Source: Nitrosarchaeum sp. (GTDB lineage Archaea > Thermoproteota > Nitrososphaeria > Nitrososphaerales > Nitrosopumilaceae). From it: DNA of 64,000 nt. The notes beneath the pieces are model-generated. The model was not told the DNA's origin. It ran no database searches and was given only the letters and a program-made list of their open reading frames with translations. The translations under genes were made by a program, and so were the position numbers. The stretch covers positions 1,632,001 to 1,696,000 of the forward strand of contig OZ245020.1 of the NCBI GenBank assembly GCA_965223865.1. Reading direction: 5' to 3'. This document shows, piece after piece, positions 11,151 to 20,754 of this stretch (its first letter is position 1; each line of letters opens with the position of its first letter).

Positions 11151-13037
11151 TTACATTTTACCTGGTGCATCAATTCCTAACAAATCAAGGGATTTTTCAA
11201 TTGTTGATTTGAATGAATTGACTAGACAGAGTCTAGCATCTTCCAGTTTTTCATCACTTAAATCTAAAACTTTGACATGTTCGTAAAAAGAATTGAAAAA
11301 CACTGCCAAATCATGACAATATCTGGCAATTACTTTGGGAGACAAATTCATTGAGGCATCACGAACCTGAATGTCAAACAAACCAATGATTTTAATCAAT
11401 TCTAGTTCTGATTTGTCATTTAACAAACCAAAGTCAACATTAATTGAAGATCTCTTTTTAGATTTTTCTAAGATTCTTGACGCTCTTGCATGAGTATATT
11501 GTATGTAAGATGCAGTATCACCTTCTAAACTAAGAGATTTTGTCAAATCAAATGCTATTACTTTATCAAGATCTTGTTTTATCATTTCATAACGCAATGT
11601 TCCAACGGCGACTTTGTGTGCAATTGTATCAATTTCAACTTCTTCCATTTCTGGATGTCGTTTTTTTGTTTCTTCAATGGTTTTGTTTTTTAGTAAATCA
11701 TAAACTGCATCAGCATTAACGTATAATCCCTTACGGCCAGACATCTGAGCTTGTTTTCCATTAGTATCAAGACCCAATGTCTTTGCAGTATCTGCACTTA
11801 GCGTTACTGATTCATAACCGAGATGTACATATGCATCATCTATTGATTTGAATTTTGCCATAAGAGAAGTAATTATTTTTTGTAGTCTTGTTTGCCTCGA
11901 ATCAATTACAGTTATTACTTTTTGTCCAGAAAAATTTTGTTTTGACTCTGAAGAATCTTCCAAAGTAGTTTGCCACAAAATTTGATTGCCAGGTTGGGTT
12001 TTTTCAAATTTTTGATAATTAAATGGATCATCTAACAAACCTAGTTTCCAAGCTGCGTAAGGAATATCTTTTGCAATGTAAGTTGCAGTACCATTACTTC
12101 TAACAATTACCTTATCTTCTTCGTTTTTATCCCCACGGATTACCCAACAGCCAATATTTTTTCCTTCTTTTTCAAATTCAACAAGTCCCATTTCCTTGAG
12201 TTTTTCAAATATTTTGGCCCATAATCCTGAGCGAATTATCTGAGATTCGAAATTAAGGCAATCATAGAAAATTCCAAAATTCCAGCAGGTTTCAAGTTGG
12301 CTTGATAAAACACGTTTAGTAATTTTATCAGCAAACTTTGCAGTTTCGGAATTTGGCTCTTCTAATTCTTTGAGAGTATTTTTTCGAATTTCTTCTAAAC
12401 TGGGGTCTGTTTCATATTTTTCAGTAGTTTTTACATAAACGTCATCACCGCAATAATGATCAAATTTTTTTTCTGAAGGAGGTTCTAGAGCAAATCCAAA
12501 ATGTTTGAATCCTACAATGATGTCTGCAACTTGTAATCCTGAATCATCTATATAGTTTAGAATATTTACTTTATAATTTGATTTTTTTAGAATTCTAGAT
12601 ACAGTGTCGCCAATAATGATATTTCGGATATGACCGATATGAAGAGCTTTGTTTGGATTTACACTGGTATGCTCAACAACTATTGTTGAATTTTTTCCAA
12701 GATTAATTGTGCCAAATTCATCTAAAATAGATTCAGATAGTATGAGTTGAGTTAATTTTTTCCAATCAGCAAAAAAATTCAAGTACCCAGACGGATGAGG
12801 TTCTGCTTTTAACACTAATGTGCTTTGGTATTTTGCATACTTTTCAGATAACATAGATGCAATATCTCTTGGGTTTTTTTTGAGTTTCTTTGAAAGCAAA
12901 AATGAGATGTTAGAACTTGCATCACCAAATCCATGTTTTGCTGGTTCAACTGAAAATGAAAGATCATATACAGAAAGTTCATCCAGTATTTTTTTTAGGT
13001 TATTTTCAATTTCATCAGTTATTGATTTGAAGGACAA
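11151..13037 (-). CDS. argS: Arginine--tRNA ligase
   Basis: VEHTSVNPNKALHIGHIRN (HIGH), MSGRKG, GDTASYIQYTHAR, DALR-type C-terminus. Confidence 0.97.
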   Translation of the reverse strand: MSFKSITDEIENNLKKILDELSVYDLSFSVEPAKHGFGDASSNISFLLSKKLKKNPRDIASMLSEKYAKYQSTLVLKAEPHPSGYLNFFADWKKLTQLILSESILDEFGTINLGKNSTIVVEHTSVNPNKALHIGHIRNIIIGDTVSRILKKSNYKVNILNYIDDSGLQVADIIVGFKHFGFALEPPSEKKFDHYCGDDVYVKTTEKYETDPSLEEIRKNTLKELEEPNSETAKFADKITKRVLSSQLETCWNFGIFYDCLNFESQIIRSGLWAKIFEKLKEMGLVEFEKEGKNIGCWVIRGDKNEEDKVIVRSNGTATYIAKDIPYAAWKLGLLDDPFNYQKFEKTQPGNQILWQTTLEDSSESKQNFSGQKVITVIDSRQTRLQKIITSLMAKFKSIDDAYVHLGYESVTLSADTAKTLGLDTNGKQAQMSGRKGLYVNADAVYDLLKNKTIEETKKRHPEMEEVEIDTIAHKVAVGTLRYEMIKQDLDKVIAFDLTKSLSLEGDTASYIQYTHARASRILEKSKKRSSINVDFGLLNDKSELELIKIIGLFDIQVRDASMNLSPKVIARYCHDLAVFFNSFYEHVKVLDLSDEKLEDARLCLVNSFKSTIEKSLDLLGIDAPGKM

Positions 13038-13039
13038 TT

Positions 13040-13735
13040 CTACATCTCCAATAATCTTGGTGCTAATTTATCTAAAGCCTCAATTACACCGTCACCTGCT
13101 TTGCCAGTAACGGTCATTGTAGCCTCAGATTTTACATCTTCTGCAGCATTTCCCAATGCAATACTAGTTTTGGCTACTTTAAATAATGGGATATCAGTTG
13201 CGCTATCCCCTATTGCAATTACATCATAAGGGGAAATGTTCAATCTTCTCATAATTTCTTTGAATCCAAATCCCTTATCAATTCCAGATGAATTAATATG
13301 AAAAGCATATTGGCTATCAGACAATAAAACATCAAGATTTTTTTCAGATACAATCTTTTTTGCCAGATTTAAATCAAAGGTTCTCTCTAAAACAACTTCA
13401 GTCATTCTTGGAAAGACAGATTTTTCTCGAACATTTTCAATTTCATTTTTAATTACATCAAAGGCCTTTTTGCATATTTCAATATCCCCTAGCTTAATGT
13501 GCTCATTTGCATCCATAGTGATACATCCGCCATTTTCTCCAACTGCAATTTTTGTTGTCCCTCCAAAGACAGATAACAAAAAACCTTCAATTGAAGAACG
13601 GCCAGTTACAAAAATAACATTATGTCCCATGGTTTTCATATGCCTTAAGGCAGCTAGAGCATCCAAGTTTATTCTACCCCCTCCATTTTCAGTTATTGTA
13701 CCATCAATGTCAACTGCAAATGTTTTAGGTTTCAT
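13040..13735 (-). CDS. HAD-superfamily phosphatase (archaeal phosphoglycolate phosphatase / SPP-like)
   Basis: DIDGTIT, VTGR, ENGG, IAIGDSATD. Confidence 0.9.
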   Translation of the reverse strand: MKPKTFAVDIDGTITENGGGRINLDALAALRHMKTMGHNVIFVTGRSSIEGFLLSVFGGTTKIAVGENGGCITMDANEHIKLGDIEICKKAFDVIKNEIENVREKSVFPRMTEVVLERTFDLNLAKKIVSEKNLDVLLSDSQYAFHINSSGIDKGFGFKEIMRRLNISPYDVIAIGDSATDIPLFKVAKTSIALGNAAEDVKSEATMTVTGKAGDGVIEALDKLAPRLLEM

Positions 13736-13931
13736 AGGAACCCTTTTTTCAACCGAATAATATTTGCTACTAACTCAAGCTCCGATCAATTCCAAAATTT
13801 CTGTTTGCCATTAATTATAATCATTGAAAAAGGAGTTTTGGGATCTATTGGCATTACATCTTTGCACAATTGCTAATCCACAAAAATAATTTTATTTAAT
13901 AATATTAGAAAATTTCCCTGTACTAACAGAA

Positions 13932-14201
13932 TTAGGATTCATACTCTTTTTTGAATAGTTCTAGTGAGAGATTAATTCTATTTTCAACATATTTTTGTTG
14001 GTTAGGAGGTAAATTGTCAAATTCAACACCTTTTTCAGAAAGCAAGGTAGACAAACGAGCCTCAAATTGAACTCGTAATTTTTCCTCCATTCCTTCTTCA
14101 AAGAAATGACCTCTAAACTGAATTACAATTCCCTCCAAAGTATTTTCTACATTGTCACAAAGTTTTGAAAGTAAATCATCAGATATTGGATTGGAGACCA
14201 T
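13932..14201 (-). CDS. Hypothetical protein
   Basis: ORF with protein-like composition; likely start MVSNPISDD at 14201. Confidence 0.55.
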   Translation of the reverse strand: MVSNPISDDLLSKLCDNVENTLEGIVIQFRGHFFEEGMEEKLRVQFEARLSTLLSEKGVEFDNLPPNQQKYVENRINLSLELFKKEYES

Positions 14202-14293
14202 CAACAGATCAACAAATACTATAGAAATTATATTTTTAATAGTTAATGAGAAGATACGCCAAAATTGATTAATGCAATAAATCAAGATTTTTT

Positions 14294-14518
14294 GTGAAGA
14301 AAGGTACCATTGAAGAGATTTTTAGTAAAGCTAAATTTGCAGATAATCCCAATGAATACAAAATTTTTTACAGAGATTTTGAGAGAATAGTAGAAAAACC
14401 ACTACCAGAATTTATTAAAGAATCAAATAATTTTCAAACAATTCCCGTCTCAAGAATAGAGAGGATAGAAACAAGAAATACCATTTTATTTGAAAAGAGA
14501 AAACCAGAGGTAGAGTAA
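14294..14518 (+). CDS. DUF504-like small protein
   Basis: YKIFYRDF...IPVSRIERI...LFEK pattern; 2 nt upstream of the DRG GTPase. Confidence 0.7.
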   Translation: MKKGTIEEIFSKAKFADNPNEYKIFYRDFERIVEKPLPEFIKESNNFQTIPVSRIERIETRNTILFEKRKPEVE

Positions 14519-14520
14519 GT

Positions 14521-15630
14521 TTGGGAATTCCAGAAAAAATTAAAGCCATTCAAGATGAAATGGCAAGAACCCAAATTAACAAAGCAACAGAACACCATTT
14601 AGGTTTACTAAAAGCAAAAATTGCAAAACTTAAACGAGAACAAGAAGATAAAGATACAAAAAAGAGTGGAGCAAAAACAGATGGCTTTGATGTTAGACGG
14701 ACAGGAGATGCAACTGTCGTTTTCATCGGATTGCCAAGTGTTGGAAAATCAACTCTTCTTAACAAATTAACAGGAGCAAAATCTACAGTAGGAGCATTTC
14801 AATTTACTACCTTAACTGTTGTGCCAGGAATGATGGAATATCGTGGTGCAAAAATCCAAATTTTAGATCTGCCAGGCATCATCAAGGGCGCCTCAAGTGG
14901 CAAGGGATTAGGAAAAAGAATTTTGTCTGTTGCAAGAAGCGCAGATTTAGTGTTACTTGTTTTAGATGTTTTTCAACCATACCATGAAAATGTACTAGTA
15001 AATGAATTAGGAAATATTGGAATCAGATTAAATCAATTACCTCCAAACATAACTATAGAAAAAGCATCTACTGGAGGAATTGCAATTGCACAGCAAGTAA
15101 AACTAACTAAAATCTCAGAACAACATCTTAAAGATATTCTTCATCTTTATGGAATAGTAAGTGCACGTGTTGTAATCAGAGAAGATATTTCTTCTGAACA
15201 ATTAGCTGATCACATTGCAGGAAATATTAGTTATTCAAAAGCATTGACAATACTAAATAAAATAGATTTAGTAGATAAAGAATTTCTAAAAGACTTTAAA
15301 ACAAAAATTAAAACAAATGTTATAGAGGTTTCAGCAAACTCTGACATCAACATTGAATTACTAAAAGAGAAAATTTATGAAAAATTAAGTTTCATTAGAA
15401 TTTACATGAGGCCAAAAGGTGGAGAGACAGACTTTAAAGAACCACTAATTGCAAGAGAAGGAGACACCGTAGAGGACATTTGCAACAAATTACATCGTAG
15501 AATGAAAAGAGAATTTAGATATGGAATGGTTTGGGGGAAAAGTGCAAAGTTTGGTGGACAAAGAGTAGGATTGAATCATATTTTGCAAGATGAAGACGTA
15601 TTAACAATAATTAAAACTCGCGGTACATAA
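14521..15630 (+). CDS. drg: DRG/OBG-family GTPase with TGS domain
   Basis: NKATEHHLGLLKAK, GLPSVGKST, FTTL, DLPG, NKID, C-terminal TGS (VWGKSAKFGGQRVG). Confidence 0.95.
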   Translation: MGIPEKIKAIQDEMARTQINKATEHHLGLLKAKIAKLKREQEDKDTKKSGAKTDGFDVRRTGDATVVFIGLPSVGKSTLLNKLTGAKSTVGAFQFTTLTVVPGMMEYRGAKIQILDLPGIIKGASSGKGLGKRILSVARSADLVLLVLDVFQPYHENVLVNELGNIGIRLNQLPPNITIEKASTGGIAIAQQVKLTKISEQHLKDILHLYGIVSARVVIREDISSEQLADHIAGNISYSKALTILNKIDLVDKEFLKDFKTKIKTNVIEVSANSDINIELLKEKIYEKLSFIRIYMRPKGGETDFKEPLIAREGDTVEDICNKLHRRMKREFRYGMVWGKSAKFGGQRVGLNHILQDEDVLTIIKTRGT

Positions 15631-15651
15631 TTTTAGATCAAAAGAAACGAG

Positions 15652-15828
15652 ATGGAACAGGAAAAAGAACAACGATGGTGTAAATTTTGTATGACAAAAA
15701 CAAAACAACTTGTAGTTTTTCTTCCCGAAATGGCAACATACAAGCGTAGAAGACAATACAAATGCACGATTTGTGGGAAAAAAAGTTGGTTGCAAGGAAG
15801 AAGACCATCAGCTGAAAGTGTTTACTGA
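15652..15828 (+). CDS. 58-aa basic zinc-ribbon microprotein (not in ORF track)
   Basis: Manual translation MEQEKEQRWCKFCMTKTKQLVVFLPEMATYKRRRQYKCTICGKKSWLQGRRPSAESVY; two CxxC pairs. Confidence 0.75.
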   Translation: MEQEKEQRWCKFCMTKTKQLVVFLPEMATYKRRRQYKCTICGKKSWLQGRRPSAESVY

Positions 15829-15943
15829 AAAAATTTCGATCAAAAAAAATTTTTTTGAAAAAATTTCGTTGATAAATTGTTATCAAATTGTGTAACTTTC
15901 TTTAGTTTAACTATAGAATAACAATGAAAATCTCGTTTTTTTA

Positions 15944-16327
15944 ATGGCTATAAAAAGAAAAGCTGCAGCTAAACGTAGTTCAACACGAAAAGCTCCTGCA
16001 AGAAAAGCAGCTCCTAAGAGAAGAACTGCCGCAAAGAAAGCAGCTCCTAAGAGAAAAGCTCCTGCAAGAAAAGCAGCTCCTAAGAGAAGAACTGCCGCAA
16101 AGAAAGCAGCTCCTAAGAGAAAAGCTCCTGCAAGAAAAGCAGCTCCTAAGAGAAAAGCTCCTGCAAGAAAAGCAGCTCCTAAGAGAAGAACTGCCGCAAA
16201 GAAAGCAGCTCCTAAGAGAAAAGCTCCTGCAAGAAAAGCAGCTCCTAAGAGAAGAACTGCCGCAAAGAAAGCAGCTCCTAAGAGAAAAGCTCCTGCAAGA
16301 AAAGCAGCAGCAAAAAGAAGACGATAA
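15944..16327 (+). CDS. Histone H1-like / HC2-like Lys-Arg-Ala-Pro repeat protein (putative DNA-condensing)
   Basis: 127 aa with no acidic residue; ten 11-aa units RKAPARKAAPK / RRTAAKKAAPK. Confidence 0.8.
   Translation: MAIKRKAAAKRSSTRKAPARKAAPKRRTAAKKAAPKRKAPARKAAPKRRTAAKKAAPKRKAPARKAAPKRKAPARKAAPKRRTAAKKAAPKRKAPARKAAPKRRTAAKKAAPKRKAPARKAAAKRRR
15986..16315 (+). repeat. Coding tandem repeat, 10 x 33 nt, two unit types in the order ABABA-ABABA
   Basis: A = agaaaagctcctgcaagaaaagcagctcctaag, B = agaagaactgccgcaaagaaagcagctcctaag; first and last units are slightly variant. Confidence 0.95.
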
Positions 16328-16341
16328 ACTCGTCAAAAATT

Positions 16342-16380
16342 AACAATCGTCATGTAGTGACGGTTTGTTTTCCTTTTTCT
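16342..16380 (+). terminator. Hairpin plus T-tract after the H1-like gene
   Basis: aacaatcgtca-tgtag-tgacggtttgtt imperfect stem followed by ttccttttt. Confidence 0.45.
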
Positions 16381-16619
16381 AATTTCATTTTCAGTAAATG
16401 ATTATTTTCCGTGATTTCTATTATAATTTCAGCATATTAGTTTCAAAAATTATAAAATTCAAATTTTGTTACAACAATTTTTAAAAACTAGAATAGCAAA
16501 GACAAAAAAATTCTAAATAACCTTATTCTAATTGAAGGAAAGGTACAAGACAACCTCAGATAAAACAAATACAAAATACAAGTCATACTAAGGTATGAGA
16601 GATAAAATAAAATTCGATA

Positions 16620-16660
16620 TTTGTTAACTTAGTTAACAAAGTTAACAGAAAGACTATAAG
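16620..16660 (+). promoter_or_regulatory. Palindromic operator-like site (three GTTAAC) next to a TATA-like box
   Basis: TTTGTTAACT-T-AGTTAACAAA perfect inverted repeat (16620-16640), third GTTAAC at 16641, CTATAAG at ~16654. Confidence 0.55.
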
Positions 16661-16681
16661 CAATAAATCGGAAATTTAATC

Positions 16682-16756
16682 ATGAAAAGAACAAGAAAAG
16701 AAAATTTTGACAGAGAAACACTGTTAATGGGAATCATAGAAACAACAACAAACTAG
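16682..16756 (+). CDS. Candidate 24-aa leaderless peptide
   Basis: MKRTRKENFDRETLLMGIIETTTN; ATG ~25 nt after the TATA-like box; T-tract just after the stop. Confidence 0.35.
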   Translation: MKRTRKENFDRETLLMGIIETTTN

Positions 16757-16934
16757 TTGTCTTTTTTATTTAATTAATACCATTTACATTTCACAAATTT
16801 TACAAACAGTTTTTTCAAATCATACAAAGAGAACTTTTGACGATAGTAATTTGAAAATTAATTTTCTACAAAACCAATTAAACGTTATAAATGATTTGCC
16901 AAAAAATAAGCGGAATTTTATTTATTATTAAAAG

Positions 16935-17240
16935 CTAGCTGAACATTTGTTCTGGAGGCTTGGAATTTTTTTCCTTAAGTGATTTTTTCTGTACTGTAAA
17001 TTTTTTATCAGGAGGCGTGATTGATAACTTTACAGCAGTGTTTATTGCATAATGTGGAGTTCCATCAGGATTTACATAGTTGATAGCTTTTCCTGCTCTG
17101 TCTAAATCTACTTTAACTTTAACAATGGTCCCATCTTCTAATTCAAATGAAACAAATTCATTTTCCAGACGTTTGTAATCTAACATTTTAAATTCTATTT
17201 TTTCTTTTTCACTCATATTGTTTTCATCTTTTAATTCCAA
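16935..17240 (-). CDS. Hypothetical protein immediately downstream of the collagen-like gene
   Basis: 101-aa ORF abutting the collagen stop codon; beta-rich (FELEDGTIVKVKVDL). Confidence 0.75.
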   Translation of the reverse strand: MELKDENNMSEKEKIEFKMLDYKRLENEFVSFELEDGTIVKVKVDLDRAGKAINYVNPDGTPHYAINTAVKLSITPPDKKFTVQKKSLKEKNSKPPEQMFS

Positions 17241-18998
17241 TTAGTAAAGATAACTCATTAGTTTAATTTGCTCTTCAGTGGTGATGATGTTTTTGTTAGT
17301 TAAAATTTCAAGTAGTTCTTTGAATATTGCTTTTTGTTCAGATGACATACCTCCCGAAGGGCCTTTTTCACCAGGAGGGCCAGGAGGTCCTCGGGGACCA
17401 GCAGGACCAACTGGACCTTGTTCACCTGTTGGGCCTTGTTCTCCTAATGGACCTAGTGGACCTGTTGGGCCTCTTTCACCTTGTGGACCTTGAATTCCTT
17501 GTGGACCTTGTGGACCTTTTTCACCTGGAGGACCTGCAGCACCTCTTTCACCCTGCGGACCTTGTGGGCCTTGGGGACCTTTGTCACCAGCAGGACCAGG
17601 TAAACCTGTTGGGCCTTTTTCACCTGTTGGGCCTTGAGAACCTTTTTCACCTTTTTCCCCTTGAGGTCCAGGAACACCAGTTAGTCCTTTAGCTCCGGCA
17701 GGGCCTTGTGGACCTTGTGGACCTTTTTCTCCAAGCGGACCTTCAGGGCCTTTTGGGCCTTTGTCACCTACAGGACCAGGAGAGCCTACAGGACCCTTAT
17801 CCCCTACAGGGCCAGTGGGACCTGTTAATCCTTTATCGCCAGGTGGACCAAGCGGACCTACAGGGCCAGTGGGACCTGTTAATCCTTTGCCACCAGGAGG
17901 TCCAATTGGACCTTGTGGACCTTTTTCTCCGGCTGGTCCTACAGGACCTTTTTCACCAGCTGGTCCAGGAGGGCCTTGAATCCCCTTATCTCCCTGAATA
18001 CCAGTTTGACCAGTAGGGCCTTTTTCACCTGTTGGACCTTGGGTACCTGTTAATCCTTTATCGCCAGGTGGGCCTTGGGGACCTTTTTCACCTTTGTCGC
18101 CAGTTAAACCACGTGATCCAGTAAGACCTTTGTCTCCTGTTGGACCAGTTAATCCTTTTTCTCCCTTTTCTCCCACTGGTCCCTTTAGACCTTGTGGGCC
18201 TTTGTCACCAGGAGGACCAGTTGGGCCTTTTTCACCTTTGTCACCAACTGGACCTGTTGGGCCTTTTTCACCTTTGTCACCTTTATCTCCAGTAATTCCT
18301 TTATCCCCTGAAATACCCTTTTCACCAGGCAGACCTTTGTCACCAGGAGGTCCTTTGTCTCCAGTAGGTCCTTTGTCTCCTTTTTCGCCTACTGGCCCGG
18401 TTAGACCTTTGTCACCCTTGTCACCCTTGTCACCAGGAGGGCCAGTTGGACCTTTGTCACCTATGGGGCCTTGGGGGCCTATAGGACCAGATGGACCTTT
18501 GTCACCAGGTACACCAACAGGCCCAGTTGGACCTTTGTCACCTATGGGGCCTGGAGAGCCTTTGTCACCAGGAGGACCAGTTGGACCTTTGTCACCAGGA
18601 GGACCAGAAGTACCAATAGATCTAGTTTTTGGAATAGTTTTTTGTTTTGGTTCAGGTTTTGGTTCAGGTTTTGGTTTTCCACCTAAAGAAATATCAAAAA
18701 CAGAATATAATGTAGAAAAGAGATCAGTTACAACAATCCAAATTCTTTCTTGATTGTAAACAGAAGAAGGGATAGGATTTTCATTGGAACCTAGTGTTTC
18801 AGAAAAAACCCCATCTTTAACTCTAAGATGAAAATTTCCTCGCCATAATGATGAAAATTTCTTGGATCTAATACTCTCTTCAGATGGTTTTGATTCAGTT
18901 ATTGAGATTTGAACTTCAAATACGCCTGTTTGCCTAAATGGAGCCTGACCTTGAATTTGAATCCTTGGAGAAGACACAATCGTTTGTTTAAATTCCAA
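17241..18998 (-). CDS. Collagen triple-helix repeat protein
   Basis: About 140 consecutive Gly-X-Y triplets ([12 protein letters not shown]) from residue ~129 to ~549, with non-collagen N- and C-terminal domains. Confidence 0.93.
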   Translation of the reverse strand: MEFKQTIVSSPRIQIQGQAPFRQTGVFEVQISITESKPSEESIRSKKFSSLWRGNFHLRVKDGVFSETLGSNENPIPSSVYNQERIWIVVTDLFSTLYSVFDISLGGKPKPEPKPEPKQKTIPKTRSIGTSGPPGDKGPTGPPGDKGSPGPIGDKGPTGPVGVPGDKGPSGPIGPQGPIGDKGPTGPPGDKGDKGDKGLTGPVGEKGDKGPTGDKGPPGDKGLPGEKGISGDKGITGDKGDKGEKGPTGPVGDKGEKGPTGPPGDKGPQGLKGPVGEKGEKGLTGPTGDKGLTGSRGLTGDKGEKGPQGPPGDKGLTGTQGPTGEKGPTGQTGIQGDKGIQGPPGPAGEKGPVGPAGEKGPQGPIGPPGGKGLTGPTGPVGPLGPPGDKGLTGPTGPVGDKGPVGSPGPVGDKGPKGPEGPLGEKGPQGPQGPAGAKGLTGVPGPQGEKGEKGSQGPTGEKGPTGLPGPAGDKGPQGPQGPQGERGAAGPPGEKGPQGPQGIQGPQGERGPTGPLGPLGEQGPTGEQGPVGPAGPRGPPGPPGEKGPSGGMSSEQKAIFKELLEILTNKNIITTEEQIKLMSYLY

Positions 18999-19053
18999 GT
19001 ATTTCTATATTTAGATCGATTTTATTGACTTGACCATACTTTGAATTTTATTA

Positions 19054-19197
19054 CTATTTTGTAGTCCTACGAAGTATCTCATTTATGACATGTGAGAAAC
19101 TTACACTTTTGTCTGATTTTTTAATCTGTTCTGCCTGAATTTTTCTTAACTTAGATGCCAAATCTTCATCTAACATTATGGTTATTCTTTTTGCCAT
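19054..19197 (-). CDS. 47-aa ribbon-helix-helix-like microprotein, copy 1 (not in ORF track)
   Basis: MAKRITIMLDEDLASKLRKIQAEQIKKSDKSVSFSHVINEILRRTTK; beta-strand then helix, with an SFS-V-N-L second helix; paralog at 31243-31386. Confidence 0.8.
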   Translation of the reverse strand: MAKRITIMLDEDLASKLRKIQAEQIKKSDKSVSFSHVINEILRRTTK

Positions 19198-19617
19198 ATT
19201 CTATGAAAAAACTGAGTTCATATAATTATGAATGATATTTTCCGATGTTGGTTATCAAACTTAAAAATGGTTTTTCTAGGTCCATCACCCACCACCATGC
19301 TTAATCAACATATGCTTAGCTATCCATCAGGTAAAAAGCCTCTAGATTGTAAGAGTAAAATGATTTATGAATGAATAACCACAGTCAATAATTCTTAGAG
19401 ATCTTAGTGTCTGATTGAGTGTAATTGTGCCTGTTTTTCCAACATTTTTTTTGTAATTTTATCCGGTTTAATTTCCATGCTGGATTATATTCAAAGCACC
19501 ATTGAGGAGCAGCATTATTGCAATAATTTCTATATTTTCAAAGATTTTTTCGTAAATTTTAGAATTAGGCTCAATTCAGGATAGTATTTATCTAGATAAA
19601 ATGACAATCATGAGCTA

Positions 19618-20754
19618 GTGAAGAAACCATTTCAAAGAAAATCCAAAGAAAAGAAGAGCGAGGAACTCACGACAGAGTCCGAAGCGGAGAAGAAAGTAGA
19701 AGAGACTAGTCTTGTTGATTCAGATTATAATCGTAAAAAATTATTCAAAAAAGGTGTCAACCTCATGGCAGATGAAAAGCTTGAGGAGGCAGCAGTTGTT
19801 TTTGAACAAGCATTAAGAATAGATCCAAAAAATGTTGAAACTTTAATGAAATTAGGATATGCGAGATTCCATCTAGATGATCATGGAGAGGCACTCAAAA
19901 TTTATGATAAAATTTTAGATATTGATGTAACAAATCCGGAAGCTTGGAATCTTAAAGCTTTGGTGCATTATGAACAACAAAATTATGCTAAAGCACTGGA
20001 TTCAGTGGAGAAGGCCATTGAGTCTGATCCGACTTACGGGATGGCATGGTATAACAAAGCATGTTATTTGTCATTACTAAATCAAGTTCCAGAATCTCTA
20101 GAAGCATTAAAACGTTCAATTGAAATCGATGTAAAAAATGCTAGAAAGTCAGTAAGAGATAAAGATTTTGTAAATGTAAGAAGAGAAGAAGCATACAAGA
20201 GAATTAATGAAGTGGTAGTTTTAGAATCAGTCAGACAAGGATACCACACATTAGGAGCAATTGTATGGACTACATTTCTTGATAAAGCAGATGCAGACAA
20301 TGCAATTAAAAAATTACTAGAAAAAGGATTAATCATTCAAAATGAAAAACGTGATGGTCTGAGTAAAATTCCAGTATATGATCTTGCAGCAGACGTTGCA
20401 AAAAAAATTGGCAAAGAGAAGAAAGGATTATTTGGAATTACGAGAAAAACATTACCAACTCCTGTAAAGAATCTCAAAGAACTGAGTCATGCAATTCAAT
20501 CAGTTAAAGAATCAATAGAAAATGAAGACGTAGAAAAAACAATGGATACCTTTGAAGAATTCATTGATCCAACAAAATCAGGAGAGCAGATGATTGAACA
20601 ATTCTTTGATGAGCACAGGGAAATAAGATTATGGAAAATTAGACTCAAAGACAAAGGAGAAGATTATTTGATTGAAAATAAAGGCAAAATGTTAAGTTTG
20701 TTTGAAAATATTGAAGTCACCATTACTAAAAAACTAAGAAGTGAGATTTCATAA
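19618..20754 (+). CDS. Tetratricopeptide-repeat protein
   Basis: Several TPRs (ALRIDPKN, EAWNLKAL, AWYNKACY) followed by a possible winged-helix segment. Confidence 0.88.
   Translation: MKKPFQRKSKEKKSEELTTESEAEKKVEETSLVDSDYNRKKLFKKGVNLMADEKLEEAAVVFEQALRIDPKNVETLMKLGYARFHLDDHGEALKIYDKILDIDVTNPEAWNLKALVHYEQQNYAKALDSVEKAIESDPTYGMAWYNKACYLSLLNQVPESLEALKRSIEIDVKNARKSVRDKDFVNVRREEAYKRINEVVVLESVRQGYHTLGAIVWTTFLDKADADNAIKKLLEKGLIIQNEKRDGLSKIPVYDLAADVAKKIGKEKKGLFGITRKTLPTPVKNLKELSHAIQSVKESIENEDVEKTMDTFEEFIDPTKSGEQMIEQFFDEHREIRLWKIRLKDKGEDYLIENKGKMLSLFENIEVTITKKLRSEIS

Noticed and set aside
15980-16336. Cys/Ser-rich 118-aa minus-strand ORF
   Set aside because: It is the antisense shadow of the H1-like repeat gene.
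17278-18753. Several plus-strand Gly/Pro-rich ORFs
   Set aside because: They are antisense shadows of the collagen Gly-X-Y codons.
19200-19600. 400-nt gap that might hide a gene or RNA
   Set aside because: Only short ORFs without motifs and no convincing stem or repeat were found by eye.
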